The translations under genes and the position numbers were made by a program. A stretch of DNA of 64,000 bases from Thainema sp. Lineage in GTDB: Bacteria; Cyanobacteriota; Cyanobacteriia; Phormidesmidales; Phormidesmidaceae. The stretch's first letter is position 1, and the number at the start of each line of letters is the position of its first letter. Below, piece by piece: positions 49,183 to 59,911 of this stretch. The stretch covers positions 1 through 64,000 of the forward strand of contig JBQLZK010000017.1 of NCBI GenBank assembly GCA_052168235.1, given 5' to 3'. Below the pieces are notes generated by a model. It was not told the DNA's origin. It did no database searches and saw only the letters and a program-made list of their open reading frames with translations.

Positions 49183-51867
49183 GTGAGTAACAGTTTTAAC
49201 GCTAAAAAAACGCTGTCTGTCAACGGGAAAGACTATCAGATTTACAGTCTGCCCAACGCGGCTGAGAAATTAGGCGATATCAGTCGCTTGCCATATAGCC
49301 TGAAAGTTTTGCTAGAGAACCTGCTGCGCAACGAAGACGGTCGCACCGTATCTGCTGATGATGTCCAGGCCGTTGCCGACTGGCTGAAGACCCAATCGTC
49401 CACCCGTGAGATTGCCTATCGGCCTGCGCGAGTGCTGATGCAGGACTTCACGGGTGTTCCAGCCGTGGTAGATTTGGCGGCGATGCGGGATGCCATTGTC
49501 AATTTAGGTGGCGATCCGAAGAAGATTAATCCTCTTTCGCCCGTAGACTTGGTGATTGACCACTCGGTGATGGTGGATTCTTTCGGTTCCGCCAACGCGT
49601 TCTTAGAGAACGTTAAATATGAGTTTCAGCGCAACAAGGAACGCTACGCCTTTCTGCGCTGGGGTCAAAATGCGTTTGACAACTTCCGCGTGGTGCCACC
49701 GGGAACCGGAATTTGCCACCAGGTCAACTTGGAGTACTTGGCTCAGGTGGTTTGGACAAAAGAGCAAAACGGCGAAACCGTTGCCTATCCTGATACGCTG
49801 GTGGGCACCGACAGCCACACGACGATGATTAATGGTTTGTCCGTCCTCGGCTGGGGCGTCGGCGGGATTGAAGCGGAAGCGGCGATGCTGGGACAGCCGA
49901 TTTCCATGCTGATTCCGGAAGTGGTGGGCTTTAAGCTGACGGGTCAACTGCCGGAAGGGGCGACTGCAACCGACTTGGTACTGACCGTCACCCAAATGCT
50001 GCGGCAGAAGGGCGTTGTCGGCAAGTTCGTTGAATTCTATGGCCCTGGCTTGTCTCACCTGACCCTGGCCGATCGCGCCACCATCAGCAACATGGCTCCA
50101 GAATATGGCGCAACCTGCGGCTTCTTCCCGATTGATGACGAGACGATTACCTATCTGAAGTTCACGGGTCGGGATGCCGATCGGATTGCTCTGGTTGAAG
50201 CCTATGCTAAAGAGCAGGGTATGTGGCGCTATGACGATACGCCCGATCCAATCTTTACCGATTCCCTAGAGCTGGATCTCTCGACTGTTGAGCCTTCCCT
50301 AGCTGGGCCAAAGCGTCCCCAGGATCGAGTCCTTTTGTCGAATGTAGCCGCTCAGTTCAAGGAGAGCGACTTTCCGACGTTCAGTAACCTGTCCTACGAC
50401 CAACAGCGGTCAGTGGCAGTGGCAGGGACAGATTATGAACTGAGCGATGGCGATGTGGTGATTGCGGCGATCACAAGCTGCACAAACACCTCCAATCCTT
50501 CCGTCATGATTGGCGCGGGTCTGGTTGCTCGCAAAGCGCTAGAAAAAGGCTTGACCGTGAAGCCCTGGGTGAAAACCTCTCTCGCTCCCGGTAGTCAGGT
50601 AGTTTCGGATTATCTAGAGCGGGCAGGTCTGCAAACCGATTTGGATCAACTGGGCTTTAACCTGGTTGGCTACGGCTGCACTACCTGTATTGGTAACTCT
50701 GGGCCATTACCTGAGCCAATTGCCAAAGCGATTGACGAAAAAGATCTGGTGGTTGGCGCGGTTCTCTCTGGCAACCGCAACTTCGAAGGTCGGGTTAGTC
50801 CGCAGACCAAGTGTAACTATCTGGCCTCGCCACCGCTGGTCGTTGCATATGCGATCGCAGGTAACCTATCCATTGACCTTAAAACCGAACCTATTGGCCA
50901 CGACAAAGACGGCAATCCGGTTTACCTGAAGGACATTTGGCCGACGACAGCAGAGATCAAGGCGGTGATTGAAGAAGCGCTGACGCCGGAAATGTACCAA
51001 AGCCGCTACGGCAATGTGTTCAGCGGTAACGAAGAGTGGCGCAGCATCGACACGGTTGATAGCCAAACCTACGCTTGGAAATCCGACAGTACCTACGTTC
51101 AGAATCCGCCGTTCTTTGAAGGGATGGCCGCAGAGGTCAATGGTGGTGGCTTTGCCGAGATTAAGAATGCTCGTCCGCTGGCGATTCTGGGCGACAGCAT
51201 CACCACCGACCACATTTCTCCGGCAGGCGCAATTAAGTCTGATAGTCCAGCAGGTAGCTATCTCACTGACAATAACGTGGTGCCGCTCGACTTCAACTCC
51301 TACGGTTCCCGTCGCGGCAACCACGAGGTGATGATGCGCGGCACCTTTGCCAACATTCGCCTGAAAAATGAGATGGTGCCCGGTTCCTCCGGTGGCGTAA
51401 CTAAGTACATGCCTGCGGGTGAAGAAATGTCGATTTACGATGCGGCGATGAAGTACGTGGCCGAAGCTACACCGCTAGTCGTGATTGCAGGCAAGGAATA
51501 CGGTACAGGTTCCTCCCGTGACTGGGCGGCAAAAGGGACTCGTCTGCTGGGTGTAAAAGCGGTTGTGGCCGAGAGCTATGAGCGGATTCACCGTTCCAAC
51601 CTAATCGGCATGGGCGTTCTACCGCTCCAGTTTCAGGCGGGTACTAATCGCCAAACGCTGGGGCTAGACGGCACAGAAACGTTTGACATCACCGGCATCA
51701 GTGGCGGCATCAAGCCCGGCATGACCGTGACGATGACGGTTCACGCGGCAGATGGTTCAACCCAAAACGTAGAGCTACTCTGTCGGATCGATACCGAAGA
51801 CGAAGTGGAATACTACCGCAACGGCGGCATTCTTCATTACGTTCTGCGCCAGTTAGCTACGGCATAG
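49183..51867 (+). CDS. acnA: aconitate hydratase A (AcnA/IRP type)
   Basis: [62 protein letters not shown]. Confidence 0.96.
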   Translation: MSNSFNAKKTLSVNGKDYQIYSLPNAAEKLGDISRLPYSLKVLLENLLRNEDGRTVSADDVQAVADWLKTQSSTREIAYRPARVLMQDFTGVPAVVDLAAMRDAIVNLGGDPKKINPLSPVDLVIDHSVMVDSFGSANAFLENVKYEFQRNKERYAFLRWGQNAFDNFRVVPPGTGICHQVNLEYLAQVVWTKEQNGETVAYPDTLVGTDSHTTMINGLSVLGWGVGGIEAEAAMLGQPISMLIPEVVGFKLTGQLPEGATATDLVLTVTQMLRQKGVVGKFVEFYGPGLSHLTLADRATISNMAPEYGATCGFFPIDDETITYLKFTGRDADRIALVEAYAKEQGMWRYDDTPDPIFTDSLELDLSTVEPSLAGPKRPQDRVLLSNVAAQFKESDFPTFSNLSYDQQRSVAVAGTDYELSDGDVVIAAITSCTNTSNPSVMIGAGLVARKALEKGLTVKPWVKTSLAPGSQVVSDYLERAGLQTDLDQLGFNLVGYGCTTCIGNSGPLPEPIAKAIDEKDLVVGAVLSGNRNFEGRVSPQTKCNYLASPPLVVAYAIAGNLSIDLKTEPIGHDKDGNPVYLKDIWPTTAEIKAVIEEALTPEMYQSRYGNVFSGNEEWRSIDTVDSQTYAWKSDSTYVQNPPFFEGMAAEVNGGGFAEIKNARPLAILGDSITTDHISPAGAIKSDSPAGSYLTDNNVVPLDFNSYGSRRGNHEVMMRGTFANIRLKNEMVPGSSGGVTKYMPAGEEMSIYDAAMKYVAEATPLVVIAGKEYGTGSSRDWAAKGTRLLGVKAVVAESYERIHRSNLIGMGVLPLQFQAGTNRQTLGLDGTETFDITGISGGIKPGMTVTMTVHAADGSTQNVELLCRIDTEDEVEYYRNGGILHYVLRQLATA

Positions 51868-51913
51868 CAACCAACATCAACTCCAATTCCATAGCGGATA
51901 AGCTAGCGTAAAC

Positions 51914-51943
51914 GCAAAAAGCGCCCCAATGGGCGCTTTTTGC
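51914..51943. terminator. bidirectional intrinsic terminator
   Basis: gcaaaaagcgccc-caat-gggcgctttttgc between convergent genes. Confidence 0.8.
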
Positions 51944-51968
51944 ATTATTCAGCAACCTGGTAATCAGA

Positions 51969-52454
51969 CTAACGAAGCACGTTGGCGGCTTCCTCTAGCC
52001 CCAAGTCAAAGGTGATTTCGTGGATGCCAGGAATTTCTTTGATGTCATCCACCACATTACGGGCAACCTCTTTATTCTCCACGGTACCGGAGATGCGAAC
52101 CGATCCGTTGGATACTGCAACCGCTAAGTCATCGCGCACGTCCTTAATGCGGCTCTTCAATGTTTCGTCAGAGATAGTTCTACCACCCAACTGATCATTG
52201 GCATATTCAATGCCGCTGTATTGGCTACCCGGAGAGGTTTCCTTCAGTTGTTCTTGTGGAACCGCAGGATTTTCAACAATACCCTTGTCAGATGCAGCCT
52301 GAGCCGCGATCGCAGGAGTACTGCTCAATCCCAATAGGCCAATCGCAAGTGCCAATGCGATCACGGTATCCTTGAGGCGCGATCGCAGAAGGCCAACTGT
52401 CCAAAATGCAGCAAGGGCAATAAGACTGACTATTAAAACAGTATCAAAGTTCAT
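51969..52454 (-). CDS. BON-domain membrane/exported protein
   Basis: N-terminal hydrophobic helices; SD..L...I....V.V.NG.V.ISG.V.........I.GI BON pattern. Confidence 0.8.
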   Translation of the reverse strand: MNFDTVLIVSLIALAAFWTVGLLRSRLKDTVIALALAIGLLGLSSTPAIAAQAASDKGIVENPAVPQEQLKETSPGSQYSGIEYANDQLGGRTISDETLKSRIKDVRDDLAVAVSNGSVRISGTVENKEVARNVVDDIKEIPGIHEITFDLGLEEAANVLR

Positions 52455-53199
52455 AAGTTAGGATTTCCTTTTTCGAATCAATGTTTAGCAATATGCGTTA
52501 ATAGATGCAACAAACAAACTGCTGATTTAGTTTGTCTGCTGAGATGCAAATTGCTCGACTTCTGGTCAATGTGAAACAACACAAAATCGCGCAATGTCTA
52601 TTTGCAAATCCATGCGTACGTATGGATTTAGAATGCTTCATAAAAGTAGCAGTATAAAAACAAGCAGTATTGCTAACTCATTACTGACGAACCTAAACTC
52701 GTGTCGAATCAAAGCTCGCGCATGTACATCATAGATTGCGCTATATTTTGCTGTCTTCAAACTAAAAGTCCAGCTTTAAGAGTAGGGAATAAATGCAATT
52801 TACGAATCCCACTGTAGGCTCAGTCTTGATCCCGAACCTGATCCCAACCCGTTCTAGCGACATAGTTCATCAGATAGAGCAAAAAGATGTACTAGGTGCT
52901 GCACATTACATTATGCATATTGGATGACCTAATTTGGTTCAGATTTCATCTCTTGAGTTAATTTATAAATAGTTAATCGCTGCAAATATAGAAGTACATT
53001 TGAAAACCGCTGCAAAGGGATGAATTAAAGGTATAAATTTGATCCTTGCATTCTGCACTTCAATCAAATTTGCATTAGTACAAGACAGCTAAAAAACTTA
53101 ACAATAAGTGAGTCAAAAACTTGACGCCTCAACTTAATTAATTCCTGGAAAGTAGGCGGTTGATCTGTTTTTCCATGTATTTATCAACCTGTATCAGCC

Positions 53200-53385
53200 A
53201 TGAAGCGTCTACATCAACTCATCAACTCATTACAGCCACAAACCGAAGAAAAGACTGGAATTGAGGCCTTAGCCCAAATTTCACAAATTGATTTAGCCCA
53301 AGGTGGTGTAATTTATCCTAAAATTCAATTTCAGTCTCGATCACGCCCGAGGCAACGTCGAGGTTCGCAACGTCAGACAGAATAG
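53200..53385 (+). CDS. putative small peptide with a basic C-terminus
   Basis: 61-aa ATG ORF in a 1.5-kb intergenic region. Confidence 0.4.
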   Translation: MKRLHQLINSLQPQTEEKTGIEALAQISQIDLAQGGVIYPKIQFQSRSRPRQRRGSQRQTE

Positions 53386-53558
53386 CTGTAAAGCATGAGG
53401 CTTCACGCTTTGCAACCTACGGCTTACCAAGACCGCAATTAGCTTAATCACTGTCCCCACTTGCCCCAACAGCGTGGGGGTATCCCGCTATTGCAATCTG
53501 TTTGTTTCTGTCTTCTCATTGAATTTTTCTGCTACAGCGTAGGTGCTTAAGTAAAACA

Positions 53559-53605
53559 AGCATTGTCGGGAAAGCCATACTCTATATGGCTTTCCCGACA
53601 ATGCT
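53559..53605. repeat. perfect 21-bp-stem hairpin
   Basis: agcattgtcgggaaagccata-CTCTA-tatggctttcccgacaatgct. Confidence 0.8.
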
Positions 53606-53990
53606 ATGTTCAATTGGCGGGCGTAGTGCCATAAGTTGCTGCTTACACACTTTCTTAAACAACTTTTCTAGATCTCGGAACAACCCTTCCTAAATCCCTG
53701 GGTTTTGGGCTAATTTTCTCTTTTAATTGCTATGACTACTCATAGGACTTGCAACGCCAGAATCAAGTCAAAAAGTTTTGTGTATCAACAGCAGCCAAAA
53801 TAAAGAGAAATATATCTTTACCAAACTCAATATTTGGAGTTGATCTTGTTGAATTCGGATCCAAACATTTAAGGTTGATAAACCATTCGATAGTTTACGA
53901 AGTACGTCTATCGTGTGAAAAATCCGGCATTTTGGTCTATTTTGGCGTGATAGAGCCGTGTTACCAGTTGTCGTGATATAGGGCAAAGAA

Positions 53991-55403
53991 ATGGGCAAAG
54001 TCTTAATTAAAAATGGTCGCATTATCACGGCAGTTGATGACTACATCGCAGACATTCTGATCGTAGACGAAACCATCGAAGCAATTGCTCGTGAGCTAAC
54101 GGTTGACGATGCTGAAGTGCATGATGCCAGCGGTTGCATAGTCATGCCAGGTGGCATTGATGTTCATACTCACATGGAAGGGCCGCAGGGCATTGCCGTT
54201 AACTGCGACGACTACGAATCGGGCACAGTTGCTGCCGCCTTTGGCGGTACGACAACGATTGTGGACTTTGCTTATCAGGAAAAAGGAGATGGAGCGAAAA
54301 AAACGCTGGATGATCGTCTAGCGTTGGCCGATCCGCAGGTGTGTATTGACTACAGCTTTCATCTGATTCTGGTAGACGTCAATAAAGATATCTTGGCCGA
54401 ACTGCCGGACATTATTAACCGGGACGGCATCTCCAGCTTCAAAATGTACATGGCCTATCCCGATATTCTCATGGTGGATGATGCGGCCATCTTTCGCACG
54501 ATGACGACTGTTGGGCAGCACGGCGGCATGGTCAATCTCCATGCCGAAAATGGCTATGTCATTCAGGCCTTAATTGAAGATGCGCTAGAACAGGGCAACA
54601 CCTCACCGAAGTATCATATGCTGACTCGTCCCCGCTTGATGGAGGCCGAAGCGACCCATCGCGCCATTCGAATTGCCGAGCTAGTGGATATTCCGGTTTA
54701 CATCGTGCATTTATCTGCACCGGAAGCGTTAGACAGCGTTGTTGCCGCTCGCGATCGCGGAATTCCAGCCTTTGCCGAAACCTGCCCTCACTACCTATTT
54801 TTAGATGACCGAGAGTACGATCATCCTGGATTCGAATCCGCCAAGTACGTAATGACGCCACCGTTACGGGAGCATCACTGCCACCATGCTCTCTGGCGTG
54901 GCTTGCGGTTTGACCAGCTGCAAATTGTCGCTACTGATCACTGCCCATTTTGCCTCAATGAACGGTCAATGGGACTGAAATATTCCAAGGCGCTAGGTAA
55001 AGACAATTTCAACAAAATTCCCAATGGCGCACCGGGGGTTGAAACTCGCTTAGTGCTGCTATATGACGGCGGAGTGAAAACCGGCAAAATTACGCTCAAT
55101 CGGTTTGTTCAGCTCGTTTCAACCGCCCCAGCTAAGATGTTTGGCCTATTTCCCCGCAAAGGCACGATTGCCGTGGGCAGCGACGCTGACATCGTTTTAT
55201 TTAATCCCAATGCAACACAGGTGCTAAGCGCTGCAACCCACCACTCCCGAGTGGACTACAGTATGTTTGAAGGACGAGAAGTGACGGGTAAAGTCGAAAA
55301 AGTGTTTCTACGGGGGAAACTGCTCGTAGATGGCGAACAGTGGCACGGCGAGAAAGGCTATGGCAGCTTTCTAAAGCGATCTGCCTCGGGGCGTGTGCTG
55401 TAA
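53991..55403 (+). CDS. hydA: dihydropyrimidinase / D-hydantoinase
   Basis: PGGIDVHTH, GGTTT, SFKMY (carboxylated Lys), HAENG, VHLS, ETCPHYL, TDHCPF, IPNG.PG.E. Confidence 0.92.
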   Translation: MGKVLIKNGRIITAVDDYIADILIVDETIEAIARELTVDDAEVHDASGCIVMPGGIDVHTHMEGPQGIAVNCDDYESGTVAAAFGGTTTIVDFAYQEKGDGAKKTLDDRLALADPQVCIDYSFHLILVDVNKDILAELPDIINRDGISSFKMYMAYPDILMVDDAAIFRTMTTVGQHGGMVNLHAENGYVIQALIEDALEQGNTSPKYHMLTRPRLMEAEATHRAIRIAELVDIPVYIVHLSAPEALDSVVAARDRGIPAFAETCPHYLFLDDREYDHPGFESAKYVMTPPLREHHCHHALWRGLRFDQLQIVATDHCPFCLNERSMGLKYSKALGKDNFNKIPNGAPGVETRLVLLYDGGVKTGKITLNRFVQLVSTAPAKMFGLFPRKGTIAVGSDADIVLFNPNATQVLSAATHHSRVDYSMFEGREVTGKVEKVFLRGKLLVDGEQWHGEKGYGSFLKRSASGRVL

Positions 55404-55429
55404 ACTGCAAGCCAGCTCAATTTCAAGAA

Positions 55430-55699
55430 ATGTCAACCGGATCGGCTGAAAGAGAAGGAACACTCTACTCGCTGTTCTTGAGCCATGTCCCGATCTCATT
55501 CACATGTGCAGGGTTAAGGTCTAGATGATCGGGAGCCGGATGCGGGGAAACTCGCACGTCCGAATCTATAGTGATTCCAGTTAAGAGTGAGAGAACGAGA
55601 GAGGAGAGTGCCTCAGGATGAGGCACTCTCCTCTCTCGTTCTTATTTAGAACCGCTATAACAGGGAAGGACGCTGGGTAATACCAGCCCTTGACTCTAC
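55430..55699 (+). mobile_element. group II intron 3' remnant (decayed intron-encoded-protein tail, domain V, domain VI), interrupted by a MITE
   Basis: domain V gagccggatgcggggaaactcgcacgtccgaatc (55533-55566); domain VI gggaaggacgctgggtaataccagcccttgactctac ending in AC at 55699. Confidence 0.85.
55569..55657. mobile_element. 89-bp MITE, copy 2
   Basis: TA|tagtgattccagttaaga...tcttatttagaaccgcta|TA; reverse complement of 21652-21740 with a few substitutions. Confidence 0.88.
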
Positions 55700-55765
55700 C
55701 AGATGGGTAGGAGGGTGTTGGGTTCGGGATCCTAGGTATTGGGTAGTGGGTACTGGGTACTGGGT

Positions 55766-57481
55766 CTAAGGCTGTGGGTTGAGTTGGAGAGCGGCGGTGA
55801 GGGCGGCTTGGTGGACTTGTTGCCAGGGGATTTGGTGTTGATGTGCGATCGCAGCGCAGTCTTCATATTCTGGCTGGAGATTGAGAATTGGACTACCGGG
55901 TTGCCGCTGGGCCATTTTTACTCGTACCGTACCATAATCAGTCTCGACCGTTTGCCAAAAGCGATGGAGTACGGTGCGCTGCTGGGTGGTTCGGCGAATG
56001 CCGAGCGTAGTCGTTTCAGCGAAGATCACCTGTTCACAGGCTTGCACGTGATCCGGTGGGCAAATCACAGAAAGCAAGATGCCAGGGCGGGATTTTTTCA
56101 TGCCGATCGCCTGGGTGAACACGTCTAGGGCTCCGATTTGGAATAGCTTGTCGTAAATGTAGCCAATGGCTTGGGGATTGAGGTCGTCGAGTTGGGTTTG
56201 GAGGAGAGTGATGGTGTCGGTGGGGGAAGGGTGAGGGGTGAAGAGTGAGGAGGGAGGAGTAGATGGGTGAGTGGGTGGATGGGTAGATGAGGGAGAGGAG
56301 GAGGAGTGGGTGATTGATGGTTGATGGGGGGAGGGGCGAGAAGGAGAGGGGGAGAGAGGAGTAGATGGGTGAGTGGGTGTATGGGTGGATGAGTGGATGG
56401 GGTGGGTGTGGAGAGTGGTGTGGGTATTTTTAGCGGTAACGGTAGGGGTATTAGGGGTGATGCCGAGCCAGAGGCGAACCATATTGGGAATGGGGAGAGT
56501 GCGGGTACCTGCGCCGAGGCCGATTTTTTGCAGGGTCATGGGGGGTGGATCGCCGAAGTGAGTTGCGATCGCAGTGACAATGGCAGCTCCAGTGGGTGTG
56601 ACCAGTTCGCGCTGGATACCGTTGCTGTAGATGGGAATTTGTCTAAGCTCATAGAGCTTTAGAACAGCCGGTGTGGGGACAGGTAGAATGCCGTGAGCTG
56701 CCCGGACAGTGCCGCCTCCTGTGGGCAGGGGAGAGCAGTACAGCTCGTCAATGCCGAGCCAGTCAAGGCCCAGGCAGGTGCCGACAATATCGACTATGGC
56801 ATCGGTTGCGCCGACTTCGTGAAAGTGGACTTGGTCGGGCGTGACGCCATGAACAGCGGCTTCGGCTTCAGCCAGCTTACGAAAAACGGCTAAGCTCCAA
56901 GCAGTAGCGCGAGGTGGCAGTTGGGCGGATTGGATGAGGTGTTCGATTTCGGGCAGGTGGCGGGTATGGGGGTGAGAGTGAGGTGTGAGGAGTGGGGGAG
57001 TGGGGGAGTGGGTGGATGGATGTCCGTGGGCATGATTGTGTGGATGAGGGTGTGAGTGGGGGTGAGGATGTGGGGGTGCGATCGCAGCCGAGTCACTACC
57101 ATTCCCAGAATCATGAACCTGTCTACGAGCCTGATCATGCGAGCGATCATGCTCACCCTGCTCACCATCAGAGCCTTTACTGTTAACTAATCCACCATCA
57201 ACGCCTTTCCTATCAACTCCCTCAACTTTCCCCTCTCCAAACCCCACCGACTCATACAGCTCAAACGGCTGCTCTGCCTGTAGCAACTTGACCTTGACTT
57301 TGGTGGCAACCAACCCATTGTGATGAACGGTTTCGAGCATCAGCTCATACTCGTCGTTTAGTCCGAGTTGTTTGAGCTGCTGGCTGAGATAGTCGAACGG
57401 GACTCCGGCATGAACGAGTGCTCCCAAGCACATGTCTCCGGCCAAACCCGATGGACAGTCTAAATAGGCAATTTTCTTCAT
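55766..57481 (-). CDS. larC: nickel pincer cofactor biosynthesis protein LarC (DUF111)
   Basis: YLDCPSG.AGDM.LGAL, His-rich linker, [45 protein letters not shown]. Confidence 0.92.
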   Translation of the reverse strand: MKKIAYLDCPSGLAGDMCLGALVHAGVPFDYLSQQLKQLGLNDEYELMLETVHHNGLVATKVKVKLLQAEQPFELYESVGFGEGKVEGVDRKGVDGGLVNSKGSDGEQGEHDRSHDQARRQVHDSGNGSDSAAIAPPHPHPHSHPHPHNHAHGHPSTHSPTPPLLTPHSHPHTRHLPEIEHLIQSAQLPPRATAWSLAVFRKLAEAEAAVHGVTPDQVHFHEVGATDAIVDIVGTCLGLDWLGIDELYCSPLPTGGGTVRAAHGILPVPTPAVLKLYELRQIPIYSNGIQRELVTPTGAAIVTAIATHFGDPPPMTLQKIGLGAGTRTLPIPNMVRLWLGITPNTPTVTAKNTHTTLHTHPIHSSTHTPTHPSTPLSPSPSRPSPHQPSITHSSSSPSSTHPPTHPSTPPSSLFTPHPSPTDTITLLQTQLDDLNPQAIGYIYDKLFQIGALDVFTQAIGMKKSRPGILLSVICPPDHVQACEQVIFAETTTLGIRRTTQQRTVLHRFWQTVETDYGTVRVKMAQRQPGSPILNLQPEYEDCAAIAHQHQIPWQQVHQAALTAALQLNPQP

Positions 57482-57635
57482 AAAAAACCAGTCATCCTTG
57501 GTTCTAGGATGTCACACTATAGGAAGGTGGAGAGTTGAAAACGGGATTAGCACAATCTTTAGCAGCGCGGCTAATACGCCACAATGACGAGCTGCACCGG
57601 CGGGCTAATTCCGATAACGATAGTGAGGGGGACTC

Positions 57636-58307
57636 ATGGCTACCATTTACGAAATTCATCCGGATACGCCACAATATCGCCGAATAGAGGAGATAAAAGC
57701 AGCATTGCGAGATGGTGCAATTATGCTGTATCCAACGGATACAGTGTATGCCATTGGTTGTGATCTTAATTCTAAAACGGCAGTCAAGCGGGTTCGCTGG
57801 ATTAAGCAAATGTCAAACGATAAACCGTTGACGTTTTTGTGCTCATCCCTCTCGAACATTGCCGATTTTGCCGTGGTCAGCGATCCAGCTTACCGTCTTG
57901 TCAAGCGCTTAATCCCTGGCCCCTACACGTTTTTATTGCCCGCGACGAAAGAAGTCCCCCGGCTCGTCATGAGCCCCAAGCGACGCACAACGGGTATCCG
58001 CGTACCGGATAATTCGATTTGTCAGTCGCTGCTTGACGCGTTGGGTAATCCGGTCATTTCCACATCTGCCCTATCTGCTGGATTTCCGGATTTAGACAAT
58101 TTTGAGATTAGTAAAAAGTCTCCGGCTGCCCTATTCGATCAACTGGATAGTTTAGTTGACATCATCGTAGACAATGGTTCATCAACGCTGACGACCAAAG
58201 TGTCTACAGTAGTGGACTTGACCACCATGCAGCCACAAATTATCCGTCAAGGATTAGGTTGGAGGGCTGCGTTGGAATGGGGAGCGGAGTCTTTGCAAAC
58301 CAGTTAA
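57636..58307 (+). CDS. Sua5/YciO/YrdC-family protein (threonylcarbamoyl-AMP synthase-like)
   Basis: YPTDTVYAIGC, PGPYTF.L, KR.T.GIRVP, ISTS, STVVDL, IRQG.G. Confidence 0.9.
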   Translation: MATIYEIHPDTPQYRRIEEIKAALRDGAIMLYPTDTVYAIGCDLNSKTAVKRVRWIKQMSNDKPLTFLCSSLSNIADFAVVSDPAYRLVKRLIPGPYTFLLPATKEVPRLVMSPKRRTTGIRVPDNSICQSLLDALGNPVISTSALSAGFPDLDNFEISKKSPAALFDQLDSLVDIIVDNGSSTLTTKVSTVVDLTTMQPQIIRQGLGWRAALEWGAESLQTS

Positions 58308-58588
58308 AAGACTGTCCTAGACTTTACGGAATCAAAATCCGCGATCGCAGCCTCAACCTGCCCCCTCTGATTAGGCTCAAACCCTTTAGCAGTGAACGCT
58401 ATCGTGATTCTTCATCGACAGCACTTCGTCTCCGTAGAAAACTGGACGACGCCGATGTGACAGTTGGGTTGGAATAGTGACACAGGGTTGATCAAGATCG
58501 GGGGTGGATTTCCCTACAGTCGGTACAGAACGTTCGGGAAACGGGTCAACTGGCCTGTTTGACCGTGTGCATCACCAAAGAGTTTGCC

Positions 58589-59893
58589 ATGAATATCCAG
58601 CCTACTTGTTCTGCTACCCGCACCCACATTTGCGATCGCGATCCTGCTCCTACTGAGGAAATCTCTGACTGTGTTCAGTCTACTCCTCCTAATTCCAGGC
58701 TGCTTCAGTTTATTCAGGATGAATTGGCTCAGCAAATTCACCAAATTAACCTCTCTGCGGTGAAGTCCACCGAGCAATCAGCGGCCTCACCTCCAATCAA
58801 GCCTCTATCTCCGCCTCGCCTCGCCGTGGCCCATCGGATTGCCACCGAAGTCGAGCGAATTTGTCAAAAAAGCGATCGCATCCAGCGCTCTCAAGATCCG
58901 TTTGCTTGGCAAATCACGCTAGCTCGACATCGCATCAAGAAGTGCCTAGACTACTATCGGCTCGGCTCCCAGCAGGGACGGGTTGAACTGCACAGCTATC
59001 TCAGTTCTATCGTGTATCGCTATGTGGCACCTACGCAATCTCGCTTGGGCTTTCAGGGTCGCTGCGTGCTGCTGGATGACTTCCTGCAAGGGTTTTACAT
59101 TGAGGCGCTCAAAGCCTTCCGCCGTGAATATCATCTGCCAGCCGACTACACACCGCGTTCTCGGTTGGAACTGGCCGAATACATGGCCTTTTGTGAGCAC
59201 TATGCCAAGCGTAAAATTACGCTACCCGGACGCCGCAATCAGCAGTTAATCATTCTGCGGGCGCAAAATTTTGCCAATCGCCAACCGGAGGAAGCCAGCG
59301 TCGATCTGGAACTGGCTGTCGAATCTGCCCGTGAAGATGATGCTCAGGGACATGGTCGTTCTCAGGTGATCAACCAAATTCGGGAGCAAATGGTTTCCGA
59401 TGCCGTTGATCCAACCGAGCAGGTACTGCGCGATCGCGTTATTCAAGAACTGATTCGATATTTACAGGATCAAGATCAAACCGACTGCATTGACTACTTC
59501 GTCCTGAAGCTCCAGGACTTTGCAGCCGCTGAAATTGACGAAATTCTCGGTTTAACAGCTCGTGAACGCGACTACCTGCAGCAGCGGTTTAAGTATCATG
59601 TCGAGAAGTTTTCGCGATCGCACCAGTGGCAGCTCGTTCACCAGTGGATCGGCGCAGATGTTGATCAAAATCTTGGCCTATCGGAATCAGACTGGCAAAC
59701 CTTCACGGCATCGCTGACAGCCTTCCAACAGCGACTGCTGGAGTTAAAAGCAGTTCAGTCTCAATCGGCGGATCGAGCCACTCCCACTGACACTGAAATC
59801 GCCAAAATTCTACGCTGTACGCCTAAACAGGTGCAGCGCCGCTGGATTAAACTGCTGGACTTAGCTTGGCAACACCGGAACGCCCAATCATAA
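58589..59893 (+). CDS. HetZ-related putative transcription regulator
   Basis: RIATEVERIC.KS.RIQ, YY.LGS.QGRVELHS.LS.IVYR, L.LT.RERDYLQQRFKYH, C-terminal HTH-like segment. Confidence 0.8.
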   Translation: MNIQPTCSATRTHICDRDPAPTEEISDCVQSTPPNSRLLQFIQDELAQQIHQINLSAVKSTEQSAASPPIKPLSPPRLAVAHRIATEVERICQKSDRIQRSQDPFAWQITLARHRIKKCLDYYRLGSQQGRVELHSYLSSIVYRYVAPTQSRLGFQGRCVLLDDFLQGFYIEALKAFRREYHLPADYTPRSRLELAEYMAFCEHYAKRKITLPGRRNQQLIILRAQNFANRQPEEASVDLELAVESAREDDAQGHGRSQVINQIREQMVSDAVDPTEQVLRDRVIQELIRYLQDQDQTDCIDYFVLKLQDFAAAEIDEILGLTARERDYLQQRFKYHVEKFSRSHQWQLVHQWIGADVDQNLGLSESDWQTFTASLTAFQQRLLELKAVQSQSADRATPTDTEIAKILRCTPKQVQRRWIKLLDLAWQHRNAQS

Positions 59894-59911
59894 ACCGCGT
59901 CCGTCAACAAA

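Noticed and set aside
53749..54028. Two short overlapping ORFs upstream of hydA
   Set aside because: AT-rich promoter-like DNA, no motifs, and mutually overlapping
58480..58570. Possible HetR box upstream of the HetZ-related gene
   Set aside because: Only a GGGTC half-site; no convincing inverted repeat of the expected spacing
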